From Acutalibacteraceae bacterium (GTDB taxonomy: Bacteria > Bacillota > Clostridia > Oscillospirales > Acutalibacteraceae), in the NCBI GenBank assembly GCA_045606925.1, contig JAZUSW010000072.1, positions 1 to 32,163 of the forward strand: 32,163 nt of DNA, written 5' to 3'. This document shows positions 10,401-19,469 of the stretch, piece by piece (within the stretch, counting starts at the first letter, position 1; every line of letters starts with the position of its first letter). A program made the position numbers and the translations under genes. The notes under the pieces were generated by a model. The model was not told the DNA's origin, did no database searches, and saw nothing but the letters and a program-made list of their open reading frames with translations.

Positions 10401-10975
10401 CGAAGGCGCAGCAAATTCTCATCCGCCGCGGCTAATTTACGCTCGGACTCGATTTTTCTGTAACGGTATTTTGAAATACCCGATGCCTCTTCAAAAATAT
10501 CGCGGCGTTCACCCGATTTGGTGCTTATAATAGCATCAATTTTACCTTGACCTACCATTGAATAGCCATCACGACCAAGGCCCGTATCCATAAACAACTC
10601 GTTTATATCTTTAAGGCGTACCGATACGTTATTGATAAGATATTCGCTCTCATGTGAACGGTAAAAACGGCGGGTAATTGATACAAAATCATCGTTAAAA
10701 TTAAGCGACCTATCGGTGTTATCAATATTAAGTGTTACCTCGCAATATCCGTGCGGACGGCGCGTGGCAGTACCGCCGAAGATTACATCTTCCATAGACT
10801 GTCCGCGAAGACTTTTTGTGGACTGCTCACCAAGTACCCAACGAACCGCATCAGAAATGTTACTCTTACCGCTACCGTTAGGACCCACGATACCCGTTAT
10901 TCCCTTTCCGAATTTAAGTGTTGTTTTGTCAGCAAAGGACTTAAAGCCCTGAATTTGTATTGAACTTAACAGCAC
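7400..10975 (-). CDS. smc: chromosome partition protein SMC
   Basis: The Walker A motif is GPNGSGKSNISDA. Long coiled-coil arms flank a hinge (GVHGPVAGIINV). The signature motif is LSGGEKALVALS and the Walker B motif is FCFLDEVDTALD. I prefer the start GTG at 10975, because AGAGGA lies 10 nt upstream of it but only 1 nt upstream of the ORF-track GTG at 10984. That start also places GFKSF at the usual distance from the N-terminus. Confidence 0.95.
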   Translation of the reverse strand: MLLSSIQIQGFKSFADKTTLKFGKGITGIVGPNGSGKSNISDAVRWVLGEQSTKSLRGQSMEDVIFGGTATRRPHGYCEVTLNIDNTDRSLNFNDDFVSITRRFYRSHESEYLINNVSVRLKDINELFMDTGLGRDGYSMVGQGKIDAIISTKSGERRDIFEEASGISKYRYRKIESERKLAAADENLLRLRDIMQELESRVGPLEEQSRKAQKFLELADTKKELEIGLWLYSLDNFKEALRNHESKITACEVMYKEIEENLAEFYETTEKNAELSSELSVKIDQKRQEIARLGEQAATLTGSISVVENDILHNNVSIERLNGEIESLKNSDNEAKAQIKANLDAAELKQSEIDKLNNDLIEAERTLNGLLTDSEKFSKVIEELSQKLNEISVSCSDKRVTKLTSLSAIDEINQRAEGLDKLIVEKSAEKTALDNEFSENEKWVADLDDNIKECENALKGYELRFATRKEKVDTLKTDLDNVRLDIEAKKRRIQILQDLEKNMEGFTHSVKSVMEDAKSGILRGVHGPVAGIINVKKEYAVAVETALGNALQNIVVETESDAKRAIGKLKESNAGRATFLPISSIKAREFTEKGYENVFGFVGIAADLIDCESKYREIIRYLLGAVVVTEDIDSAATLAKKFNYHFKVVSLDGQVINAGGSLTGGSLIKNAGLLSRKEDIKRINSDIGKLNDKAARIENEYNLSSEELAKVEADILSARDVLKTATEDKIRAVAELKRIGDIRLAAEQLLEQYNTEKALGEEKKNALRISAENADKIITELELEKAKIQGKIEATVGGRDDISVKRDEITEKITALKLNVIEASKDKETLVLSAASIEQALNNRETRINEILGEIAEFTKQNDAKKSDITNIQVAIEEIKKNITLYENEIGEFTLQRNDLEKQTTEMRTDERDKTLEREKIGGELARLTERRATMLEEYDNVIRQLFDEYGLTRSDAENMGITIENPSDAKRQLTETKNKIKNLGNVNVSAIEEYKEVSERYNFMKEQIDDVERSRSELNKLINQLTSQMQEMFVIGFNRINECFSKTFTELFGGGSAQLVLTDPDNILESGIDINAKLPGKNVPSLDGLSGGEKALVALSIYFAIMNVNAPPFCFLDEVDTALDDINVERFAQYMRKSDFATQFICVTHRRGTMEAADMLYGVTMQEKGVTKLLELNVSELEKKLLKGEL

Positions 10976-10980
10976 TTTTC

Positions 10981-11973
10981 TCACATCCTCTTAAAAATTA
11001 AATCATATTCTCCCAAAGTTTCATCAGGTTTAACGGTGCAGTTAAACCCTAAATCACTTAATTTTTGTATATTACTGCGCTTTTGACCTATCATTTTTGA
11101 AATATTTGACGGATGAACATAAATACAATAATCCCCCGCCTCTTTTAGTAAATCAACGGATTTTTTATAAAATATCTCCCCATCGCATAACTCTTTAAAT
11201 GACGGATGCCACGGACCTGCTATGTACTTATCGGTATCTATCGTGTGCAGTCCCGTTCTTATTACCTTTATGCCGTTATTTTTAAACATCATTATCAATT
11301 GTGATGCTAATTCAACAGCACTTTCTAATCTTTGAGGCAAATACTCGCCTTTTTTGTAAAGTTCTGCCAAATGGGTGTTTTCAAGAACTATTGTAGGGTA
11401 TATCCGCACGGTATCAGGTTTTAAGGCAATTATCTCACCTGCCGTATAAATATCCTTTTTATCATCGCTGCCATAAAGCCCCGTCATCATTTGAAGTCCC
11501 AGTGAAAATCCGTATTCTTTTATAAGCTTTGAAGCATTTATTACATCCCTTACACTATGTCCGCGATTATTTTTTTGCAAAACATCGTTGCACATACTTT
11601 GTGCACCGAGTTCTATCGAAGTAACTCCGTATTTTTTTAAAATGCTGAGTATTTCGGTGTTTATTGCATCAGGGCGGGTAGAAATTCTTATCCCCGCTAC
11701 CTGTTTTGCCTTTACAAAAGGATATGCCGCGCAGAGCAAACTCAACATATATTCTTTATCAATGGCTGTAAAACTGCCGCCGAAAAAAGCAATTTCGGTA
11801 TTTTCGGCACTGTAATTTTTTGAGCGCATCGCTACCCTTACAGCATTTATGACTGTATCCTCGGTTGGTATTTCTTCGGTCCTTGCTATATACCGCTGAT
11901 TGCAAAAACTACACATATTGGGGCAACCGAGATGCGGCACAAAAACCGAAATATTTGCGTGAATATTGCTCAT
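10981..11973 (-). CDS. radical SAM protein of unknown function (Elp3-like core without acetyltransferase domain)
   Basis: 330 aa. The CX3CX2C cluster, CPNMCSFC, is at residues 17-24, and a TIM-barrel-like region follows. The gene overlaps the rnc stop by 4 nt (ATGA) and ends 5 nt before smc. Confidence 0.8.
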   Translation of the reverse strand: MSNIHANISVFVPHLGCPNMCSFCNQRYIARTEEIPTEDTVINAVRVAMRSKNYSAENTEIAFFGGSFTAIDKEYMLSLLCAAYPFVKAKQVAGIRISTRPDAINTEILSILKKYGVTSIELGAQSMCNDVLQKNNRGHSVRDVINASKLIKEYGFSLGLQMMTGLYGSDDKKDIYTAGEIIALKPDTVRIYPTIVLENTHLAELYKKGEYLPQRLESAVELASQLIMMFKNNGIKVIRTGLHTIDTDKYIAGPWHPSFKELCDGEIFYKKSVDLLKEAGDYCIYVHPSNISKMIGQKRSNIQKLSDLGFNCTVKPDETLGEYDLIFKRM

Positions 11974-12650
11974 ACTTTTATTCCCATAAGCTCGAGCGCC
12001 TGTTTAGCCGCCGCCTGTTCGGCATTTCTCTTACTACTGCCGGTGCCCGTACCTATAACATTTGAATTCAGATGCACTTCTACCGTAAAGGTCTTTTTAT
12101 GGTCGGGACCGCTTTCGGCTATCAAAACATAGGTTAAACGCTCTTCCGGATTTTCCTGAACACCCTCTTGCACACTTGTTTTATAATCTTTAAAATGTTC
12201 GCTATCGTGATTTTTAAGTTCAGGCAAGATAAAACGCATAACGTGTTTTTTTGCACTTTCCATGCCGCCATCAAGGTATATTGCGGCTAAAACCGCTTCA
12301 AATGCATCGGCTAAAATGGACGGTCGCTCATTTCCGCCGTTTTGCATCTCACCCTTGCCCAATTTTAAATATTTACCAAGCTCCAACTTTTTTGAAAAAT
12401 CACAAAGTGTTTTTTCGCACACCAAGGCGGCGCGTAATTTTGTAAGTTCACCCTCGGGTGTAGATTTGAAATTTTCATAAAGGTAGTCTGCTACAATAAT
12501 AGACAAAACAGCATCGCCCAAAAATTCCAACCGCTCGTTTGAGCCGCCTTCGCAATGGGTTTCATTAGCATAGGAAGAATGCGACAAGGCATTACTTAAA
12601 AACCCTAGATTATTAAATTTATAACCTAAATTTTCTTCTAATCCGTGCAT
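11970..12650 (-). CDS. rnc: ribonuclease III
   Basis: 226 aa. The catalytic signature is ERLEFLGDAVL. The C-terminal dsRBD contains GPDHKKTFTVEV and GSSKRNAEQAAAKQAL. Confidence 0.96.
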   Translation of the reverse strand: MHGLEENLGYKFNNLGFLSNALSHSSYANETHCEGGSNERLEFLGDAVLSIIVADYLYENFKSTPEGELTKLRAALVCEKTLCDFSKKLELGKYLKLGKGEMQNGGNERPSILADAFEAVLAAIYLDGGMESAKKHVMRFILPELKNHDSEHFKDYKTSVQEGVQENPEERLTYVLIAESGPDHKKTFTVEVHLNSNVIGTGTGSSKRNAEQAAAKQALELMGIKV

Positions 12651-12661
12651 TTTTTTACCTT

Positions 12662-13645
12662 CTAATTTATATTTGCGCTAATAGTACCGATAACATCCTT
12701 TTCGGCGAAAATCTTTGCCTGTCGGATGGCGTTTTTTATAGCCACGGCATCCGAACTGCCGTGCGCTTTAATAACCGGCTTTGCTACACCCAAAAGTGGT
12801 GCGCCGCCAACCTCGGATGCATCCATTTTTTGTTTTAAACTCATAATACCATCCTTTAAAATAAGGGTGGCAAGTTTTGTTGTTATATTTTTATAAAATA
12901 CTTTTTTAAGCATTTTGAAAAGTGTTACAGTTGTGCCCTCTATAAGTTTTAAGGCAATATTACCCGTAAAGCCATCGGTAACAACGCCGTCAACAACGCC
13001 CTTTGGCATCTCGCGTGACTCAACATTACCAACGAAGTTTATGGGTGCCTCACCTAAAAGCTTATAAGCTTCTTTTTGCAGTTCTCCGCCCTTTGAATCC
13101 TCTGTGCCTATATTGAGAAGTCCTATCGTGGGATTTTTTCTACCCTCTACCTTTTCAAGATAAACAGAAGCCATAACGCCAAACTGCGCGAGCATTTCGG
13201 GACGGCATTCGGCATTTGCGCCCATATCCATAAGAAAATATGAGGAATCGGGTGACGGAATCATACTGCCAAGCGCGGGGCGTTTAATGCCTTTAATACG
13301 CTTAACCATTAGCGTACCGCCAACTACTACGGCACCTGTACTGCCTGCCGAAACAAATGCATCGGCCCTACCGTCTGCCAAGATACGAAATGCCTCGGCC
13401 ATTGAACTGTCTTTGTGGGCTTTAAGCAGTGATGTTGGTTCATCGTGCATAGAAATTACATCGGTAGTATGTACTGTTTCCAAATTTTTAAAAACAATAC
13501 CGTTATCATTGATGCATTTATTTATAATTTCGGTGTTTCCTGTGAGAATTATATCAACGCCAAGTTCCTTTTCGGCCATAGCGGCGCCCTTTATAATCTC
13601 GAGCGGTGCGTTATCGCCGCCAAATGCGTCAACTACAATTTTCAT
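12662..13645 (-). CDS. plsX: phosphate acyltransferase PlsX
   Basis: 327 aa. The N-terminus is MKIVVDAFGGDNAP, and GFTGNIALK and KAHGSS are present. Confidence 0.95.
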   Translation of the reverse strand: MKIVVDAFGGDNAPLEIIKGAAMAEKELGVDIILTGNTEIINKCINDNGIVFKNLETVHTTDVISMHDEPTSLLKAHKDSSMAEAFRILADGRADAFVSAGSTGAVVVGGTLMVKRIKGIKRPALGSMIPSPDSSYFLMDMGANAECRPEMLAQFGVMASVYLEKVEGRKNPTIGLLNIGTEDSKGGELQKEAYKLLGEAPINFVGNVESREMPKGVVDGVVTDGFTGNIALKLIEGTTVTLFKMLKKVFYKNITTKLATLILKDGIMSLKQKMDASEVGGAPLLGVAKPVIKAHGSSDAVAIKNAIRQAKIFAEKDVIGTISANIN

Positions 13646-14949
13646 TTGTTTTCCTCCTCAAAATACGCTAACGAGCGTTTTGATAATGCCGCATATCTTT
13701 CTTTTTTATCCCTGATATAAGTTTCAAGTGGTGGAATTATGCCGAAATTTGCGCCCATTGGTTGAAATTTTTCCACCGTTTCATCGGTTATAAAACCAAG
13801 CAAAGCGCCAATCATAGTAAATTTAGGCAAAATAAGCGGCTGTTCGTTTTTTAAATATCTTACCGCATTTATACCTGCCACAATGCCCGATGCTGCCGAC
13901 TCCATATAGCCCTCAACACCAGACAACTGCCCTGCAAAAAAGACCCTTTTATCACACTTTAAGGAAAGGTTTTTATCAAGCAGTTTTGGGGAATTTATAA
14001 AGGTGTTGCGATGCATTACACCGTATCTCACAAACTCGGCATTCTGAAGTCCCGGAATAAGTGAAAACACTCTTTTTTGTTCGCCGAATTTGAGATTTGT
14101 TTGAAAGCCCACAAGATTATACATACTGCCGCTGCTGTTTTCCTTTCGCAGTTGCACAACCGCCCACGGTCTATGACCTGTTCTCGGGTCTTTAAGACCT
14201 ACGGGTTTTAAAGGACCGAAACGGATAGAATCTTCACCGCGTTTTGCAAGAATTTCTATCGGCATACAGCCCTCATAAACCGTTATAGGTTTATCAAATT
14301 CGTGGGTCAGTGCCGATTCTGCACCTACCAGCGCGTTATGGAAAGTGGTATATTCTTCCCTATTCATTGGGCAGTTTATATAGTCATCATCGCCCTTACC
14401 GTAGCGGGATGCCATAAAAGCAACCGAAAAATCTATACTGTTATGGGTAACAATAGGCGCTGCCGCATCATAGAAATTAAGATGCTGTGCATTGCATTTT
14501 TTGGCTATGTCATCGGCTAATTTTTGGTCGGTCAAGGGACCCGTAGCAATCACCGTTACTGTGTTTTGGGGTATTGTCTCAACCACCTTGTTATGAACGG
14601 TGATATTTGGATTATTCTTAATACTTTCGGTTATAAGTTGTCCGAAAATTTCTCTATCTACTGCCAAAGCGCCGCCCGCCGCAACAAAGCATTTATCGGC
14701 AGCCGACAGACATACCGAACCGAGATGGCGCATTTCTTCCTTTAAAAGACCTGCCGCCGAATCAACTCTTGCCGCTTTTAATGAGTTCGAACATACAAGT
14801 TCGGCAAATAAGTCAGGGCGTGAATGTGCAGGGGTGGTTTTGCTCGGTTTCATTTCATACAAATCAACGTGAAAGCCGTGCTTAGCGATTTGGTTTGCGG
14901 CTTCACACCCTGCAAGACCGGCACCCACGACAGTAACCGAATTAGTCAT
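13642..14949 (-). CDS. trmFO: methylenetetrahydrofolate--tRNA-(uracil-5-)-methyltransferase TrmFO (Gid)
   Basis: 435 aa. The FAD-binding motif VVGAGLAGCEAA and GQLSGVEGYMESAASG are present. The gene sits downstream of topA, as in Bacillus. Confidence 0.95.
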   Translation of the reverse strand: MTNSVTVVGAGLAGCEAANQIAKHGFHVDLYEMKPSKTTPAHSRPDLFAELVCSNSLKAARVDSAAGLLKEEMRHLGSVCLSAADKCFVAAGGALAVDREIFGQLITESIKNNPNITVHNKVVETIPQNTVTVIATGPLTDQKLADDIAKKCNAQHLNFYDAAAPIVTHNSIDFSVAFMASRYGKGDDDYINCPMNREEYTTFHNALVGAESALTHEFDKPITVYEGCMPIEILAKRGEDSIRFGPLKPVGLKDPRTGHRPWAVVQLRKENSSGSMYNLVGFQTNLKFGEQKRVFSLIPGLQNAEFVRYGVMHRNTFINSPKLLDKNLSLKCDKRVFFAGQLSGVEGYMESAASGIVAGINAVRYLKNEQPLILPKFTMIGALLGFITDETVEKFQPMGANFGIIPPLETYIRDKKERYAALSKRSLAYFEEENK

Positions 14950-17041
14950 TACTTTTTTCCTTTTTAGTTTGCTTTTTATTTCTTGAAGGACAAGCTGAAT
15001 TCATACAATATTTTCTACCCCGACCTGTTATTATATAACTGCCGCACTCACTGCACTTGTCCCCGGTTGGAAGACCGGGGGAAGCAAAATCACAAGCAGG
15101 ATAGTTGGTGCAACCGTAGAACGATTTGCCCGTTTTTTTGGAATTGCGCTTTACAAGTTTTGAACCGCACTTGGGACACGGCTGTTTAATCTCATCTTCG
15201 GGCATCGGCTTAGTGTTTTTGCATTCGGGGAAGCCGGGACACGCCAAAAATTTACCGAAACGGCTTGATTTAACCACCATTGTTCTGCCGCATTTATCGC
15301 AAACAACATCGCTCTCTACATCAGGAACTTTAACTCGTTTGCCGTTAAGTTCGGCTTCTGCTTTTTGAAGTTCTACCGCAAAATCCTTATAGAAATTTTC
15401 CATAAGGCGCACCCAGTTTGCATTGCCTGCCGCGATTGAGTCTAAATCGGTTTCAACATTAGCGGTAAATTTAACATCAACTATGTTTTTAAAGTGCTTT
15501 GTAATTAAGTCAGATACAACTATACCGAGTGAAGTTGGCTTTAACGATTTCTTCTCGCGCTCTATATAATCCCTGTGCATTATATTGCCCATAATTGTGG
15601 AATAGGTTGACGGTCTTCCTATGCCATTTTCTTTAAGCACTTGAATAAGTGTCGGCTCGGTATAACGTGCAGGTGGTAAAGTATAATGCTGATTTGATAT
15701 GAGTTCCTTTAATTTGAGTATATCGTTTTCTTGCATTTCGTCAGGAATTGCGCAATTGACTGCGCTTTCCTCATCCTTGCCCTCTTCGTAAAGTTTGGTA
15801 AAGCCATCGAACTTAACTGAATATCCTGAAGCTTTAAATACATATTGTGCTGCATTAATATCAACCGCAACCGTGTTTTGTACGCAGTTTGCCATAAATG
15901 ATGCAACAAATCTACACCAAATAAGATTATACAGTTTGTATTGCTCGGCAGATAAACTGTCTTTAACACTCTCCGGTGTCAAGAAAACATCAGTAGGACG
16001 AATTGCTTCGTGTGCATCTTGCGCCGCATCATCTGATTTATAAAAACGATCTGTTTTTAACAGGTACTTTTCACCATAAGCACCGCTTATATAATTTTTA
16101 ACGGCAATTCTTGCTTCGTTTGAAACGCGCAAAGAATCAGTACGCATATATGTTATAAGACCCGTGGTGCCACGACCTGCCACATCAACACCCTCATAAA
16201 GCTGCTGGGCTATACGCATAGTTTTTTGACCCGTATAATTAAGCTTACGCGAAGCTTCTTGCATAAGACTGGCAGTAATAAACGGCGGTGCAGGTTGTTT
16301 GTTCCTGGTGCCCTTTTTGATTTTAGAAACGATGTATTGCGCACCCTCTAAGTTTTCTACAATTTGCTGTGCGCTTTGCTCGTTTTTAATATCGATTTTT
16401 GTGCCGTCAAGCGCACCGTAAAATTTTGCAACAAAACTCTTTTTTCCAGATAAAAGTTTTGCATCAATTGTCCAATACTCTTCGGGAACAAATGCCTGTA
16501 TCTTCTTTTCCCTGTCAACAATAAGTTTTAAGGCGACACTTTGTACACGGCCCGCTGACAAGCCGCGTTTAACCTTTTTCCATAAAAAAGGACTTAATTT
16601 ATATCCAACAACCCTATCGAGTGCGCGGCGTGCCTGTTGTGCATCGACCAAATCCAAATCAAGTTTGCGAGGATTTGCCATACCGTTTTCTATTCCCGTT
16701 TTGGTGATTTCGTTAAAGGTAACACGGTTGGCTTCATTTGTATTTAATGCCAACAAGGTTGCCAAATGCCAAGAAATCGCCTCTCCTTCGCGGTCAGGGT
16801 CGGTTGCGAGATAAACAAAATCCGCATCGGCGGCTGCCGATTGAAGATTTTTTATAACATCCTTTTTACCTGCTATTGTCTCGTATTTGAGTTCAAAATT
16901 ATTTTCAATGTCAACACCGAGTTTTGATGTGGGTAAATCGCGAATATGGCCCATAGATGCCATTATTTCATAGTCACTGCCCAACACCTTTTTTATGCTT
17001 TTGATTTTTGACGGTGACTCAACTATAACAAGTTTTGACAT
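14942..17041 (-). CDS. topA: DNA topoisomerase I
   Basis: 699 aa. The Toprim domain contains LVIVESPSKIKSI and DPDREGEAISWH. The active-site region is LITYMRTDS. Three C-terminal Cys4 zinc ribbons are present. Confidence 0.97.
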   Translation of the reverse strand: MSKLVIVESPSKIKSIKKVLGSDYEIMASMGHIRDLPTSKLGVDIENNFELKYETIAGKKDVIKNLQSAAADADFVYLATDPDREGEAISWHLATLLALNTNEANRVTFNEITKTGIENGMANPRKLDLDLVDAQQARRALDRVVGYKLSPFLWKKVKRGLSAGRVQSVALKLIVDREKKIQAFVPEEYWTIDAKLLSGKKSFVAKFYGALDGTKIDIKNEQSAQQIVENLEGAQYIVSKIKKGTRNKQPAPPFITASLMQEASRKLNYTGQKTMRIAQQLYEGVDVAGRGTTGLITYMRTDSLRVSNEARIAVKNYISGAYGEKYLLKTDRFYKSDDAAQDAHEAIRPTDVFLTPESVKDSLSAEQYKLYNLIWCRFVASFMANCVQNTVAVDINAAQYVFKASGYSVKFDGFTKLYEEGKDEESAVNCAIPDEMQENDILKLKELISNQHYTLPPARYTEPTLIQVLKENGIGRPSTYSTIMGNIMHRDYIEREKKSLKPTSLGIVVSDLITKHFKNIVDVKFTANVETDLDSIAAGNANWVRLMENFYKDFAVELQKAEAELNGKRVKVPDVESDVVCDKCGRTMVVKSSRFGKFLACPGFPECKNTKPMPEDEIKQPCPKCGSKLVKRNSKKTGKSFYGCTNYPACDFASPGLPTGDKCSECGSYIITGRGRKYCMNSACPSRNKKQTKKEKSND

Positions 17042-17064
17042 AACTTTCTCCTTAAAATTTAAAT

Positions 17065-18252
17065 CTATTTTAACTCATACCTGCCGCCCGGCAATGCCGC
17101 AATGTACCCCATTATTTCAAGTTCGGTAATTGCTGCCAACATTTCGTTGGCTGTTAGCGTACAGTTTATTTCATCCATCATAAAAATTGGCTTATCTAAT
17201 TGATTATACACCATTTCTGCCTTTTTTGAAAGGTTATTATTGATAATTTTTTTAGTTTTTTGCTTTATTTTTTCATCCACCTGTTTTACCAATTTATCGG
17301 CAGGCGGTTTTGCAACCTTATCAGTGGGCTTTTCTTCACTCATTTTAGCGGTGATGCGGTATGCTTTTTCGGAATCAATTTTATGCGGAAAAGCCCCTAT
17401 ATATTCAAGAAAAATATCATTTGCATCAAGCAAAGCCGTTGCACCATCCTGCAGAAGCTTGTTTGAGCCCTTATACTGTGCATACGTAGGATTTCCGGGT
17501 ATTACAAAAACATCCCTGCCCTGCTCGTTTGCGTGGTTGGCAGTACTCAATGCACCGCTACCTTCACCCGCCTCTATTACAGCTACACCGTGAGATATGC
17601 CCGACATAATGCGATTCCTTATGGGGAAGGAATATTTTGTGGCACCCTCGTTTGGGAAATACTCACTTATGACAATGCCCTTTTCGGCGATTTTGTCCCT
17701 AAGCGGTTGATTTTCTTTAAGATATGTACTGTTTATACCGCATCCGAGCACACAAACGGTATTACCATCCACCGCCAAAACACCTTTATGCGCGGCAGTA
17801 TCACTACCCAAAGCGCCGCCGCTTACAATGGTAAATCCACCCGAAGACAGTCGCGCCGCCAAAGAAAATGCCGCGCGTTTGCCAAACGGAGATACCTCGC
17901 GAGGACCGACAATACAAATTGTCGGCTCACCGTTTAACAGTTCAATATTGCCTTTAAAATAAAGCACTAACGGCGGATTAGGAATTTGTCGCAACAGTTC
18001 GGGATAATACCTGTTATTTATACAAACGGCGCTGATTTTTAACGCCTTACAATCATTTAAAACCTTTTTGGCGATGGATAAATCCTTCTTTTCCAAAACC
18101 GATAATTCTCTCGGAGAGAAAATACCCGAAAGTTTTAAATCATTGAAAGGTGTTTCATACACTCCCTTGGCGCTACCGTATTTTTCAAGCACAGGCAAAA
18201 CCTTGTTGCTACCCGCCCTTAATACCGTTTGCAGCCAAACCCAATACTCCAT
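17065..18252 (-). CDS. dprA: DNA processing protein DprA
   Basis: I prefer the ATG at 18252 (MEYWVWLQ...), which forms a TAATG junction with the upstream stop. The Rossmann-like core contains GGALGSDTAAHKG and VVIEAGEGSGALSTANHANEQGRDVFVIPG. A Lys-rich linker and a C-terminal winged-helix-like tail follow. Confidence 0.92.
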   Translation of the reverse strand: MEYWVWLQTVLRAGSNKVLPVLEKYGSAKGVYETPFNDLKLSGIFSPRELSVLEKKDLSIAKKVLNDCKALKISAVCINNRYYPELLRQIPNPPLVLYFKGNIELLNGEPTICIVGPREVSPFGKRAAFSLAARLSSGGFTIVSGGALGSDTAAHKGVLAVDGNTVCVLGCGINSTYLKENQPLRDKIAEKGIVISEYFPNEGATKYSFPIRNRIMSGISHGVAVIEAGEGSGALSTANHANEQGRDVFVIPGNPTYAQYKGSNKLLQDGATALLDANDIFLEYIGAFPHKIDSEKAYRITAKMSEEKPTDKVAKPPADKLVKQVDEKIKQKTKKIINNNLSKKAEMVYNQLDKPIFMMDEINCTLTANEMLAAITELEIMGYIAALPGGRYELK

Positions 18253-19028
18253 TATCTTTTCAACTCCCACATAGCGATTGCCGCTGCCGCCGCCGCGTTC
18301 AACGACTCGGCCTTACCCGACATTGGTATTGTTATATTTTGTCCGAGACTTTTAGTCTCATCCGTTAAGCCGTTTGCCTCGTTGCCTATAATAACCGCCG
18401 CACCACCGCAAAAATCGGCATTTTTAATATCTATTCCGCCTGTTACTACGCAACCGAACAGTTTAAGGCCACTATTTCTTAATGTACACACAAAATCATC
18501 GGCAACAAAAATATCCATACGAAGTACAGTACCCATTGAAGCACGAATAACCTTTGGGCTATACGGATCGCAACCGTCCCCCGACACTATTATGCCATCA
18601 ATGCCGAGTGCCTCGGCTGTACGGGCTATTGCACCTAAGTTTGATGGGTCGGCAATATTTTCCAATGCAATATACTTGCCGTCTTTTTTGATTTTTTTAT
18701 TGCTGTTTTGCGGAATTTTGCCAACCGCCAATATTCCTTGAGGCGTTTTTGTATCGGCAATTTTTAAAAATACACTATCATTTACAAGTATTGTTTCTTT
18801 TGAGTTTTCTATATATTTTTTGAGTATTTTGCCCTCTTTTTCGTGAAAACTTTTCGACAAAATAAGTGTTGCAAACTCTATACCGTTATCCACACAATCA
18901 TCACAAACACGCAATCCTTCCGCAACAAAAAGACCCGCTTGACGCCTTTGACGAGCCGAGTTTTGAAGCTTGGATATGTTTTTGATAACCGCATTATCTT
19001 TACTTGTAATTTCCTTAAAAATCGCCAT
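18252..19028 (-). CDS. TrmH/SpoU-family RNA 2'-O-methyltransferase
   Basis: I trimmed the ORF to the ATG at 19028 (MAIFKEITSKDN); AGGTGA lies 5 nt upstream. The SpoU motifs are SNLGAIARTAEALG, IIGNEANGL and IPMSGKAESLNAAAAAAIAMWE. Confidence 0.88.
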   Translation of the reverse strand: MAIFKEITSKDNAVIKNISKLQNSARQRRQAGLFVAEGLRVCDDCVDNGIEFATLILSKSFHEKEGKILKKYIENSKETILVNDSVFLKIADTKTPQGILAVGKIPQNSNKKIKKDGKYIALENIADPSNLGAIARTAEALGIDGIIVSGDGCDPYSPKVIRASMGTVLRMDIFVADDFVCTLRNSGLKLFGCVVTGGIDIKNADFCGGAAVIIGNEANGLTDETKSLGQNITIPMSGKAESLNAAAAAAIAMWELKR

Positions 19029-19043
19029 AAATTTCACCTGTAT

Positions 19044-19081
19044 CAAAAGAAAGTCGCCCGAGATAGATATTATCTCGGGCG
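19044..19081 (-). terminator. intrinsic terminator after rplT (probably partial; the next gene starts 16 nt later)
   Basis: An 11-bp GC-rich stem, CGCCCGAGATA / TATCTCGGGCG, with a 5-nt loop spans 19055..19081. On the minus strand it is followed by ACTTTCTTTTGA. Confidence 0.65.
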
Positions 19082-19088
19082 TAAAATA

Positions 19089-19448
19089 TTACTTTTCTAA
19101 TGCTTTTTTAGCATTTTTTGCAAGAGTAGCAAAACCAGCAGCATCGTTTACTGCTAAGTCAGCAAGCATCTTACGGTTAATCTGAACACCTGACTTTTTG
19201 AGGCCGTTCATAAATGTCGAATAGTTCATACCGTTGATTTTAGCAGCGGCTGAAATACGTGTAATCCAAAGACGGCGGAAGTCACGCTTTTTAAGTCTAC
19301 GACCGATATAAGCGTAATTGCCGGATTTCATAACTGCCTCTTTAGCAGTTTTAAAGAGCTTTGATTTAGCACCAAAATAGCCCTTAGCAAGTTTTAAAGT
19401 TTTATTTCTTCTTTTGCGTGTTGCTAACGCACCTTTAACTCGTGCCAT
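19089..19448 (-). CDS. rplT: 50S ribosomal protein L20
   Basis: 119 aa. [29 protein letters not shown] is the typical L20 N-terminus. Confidence 0.98.
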   Translation of the reverse strand: MARVKGALATRKRRNKTLKLAKGYFGAKSKLFKTAKEAVMKSGNYAYIGRRLKKRDFRRLWITRISAAAKINGMNYSTFMNGLKKSGVQINRKMLADLAVNDAAGFATLAKNAKKALEK

Positions 19449-19469
19449 TATTATTCCTCCTTACCGAAC

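Noticed and set aside
18229-18741. A 170-aa plus-strand ORF opposite the TrmH-family gene. Similar shadow ORFs occur at 20685..21218 (opposite the MreB-like gene), 24848..25417 (opposite cdaR), 5108..5488, 5837..6175 and 17533..17937.
   Set aside because: All are fully nested antisense to well-supported genes, lack SD sequences and recognisable motifs, and are typical shadow ORFs.
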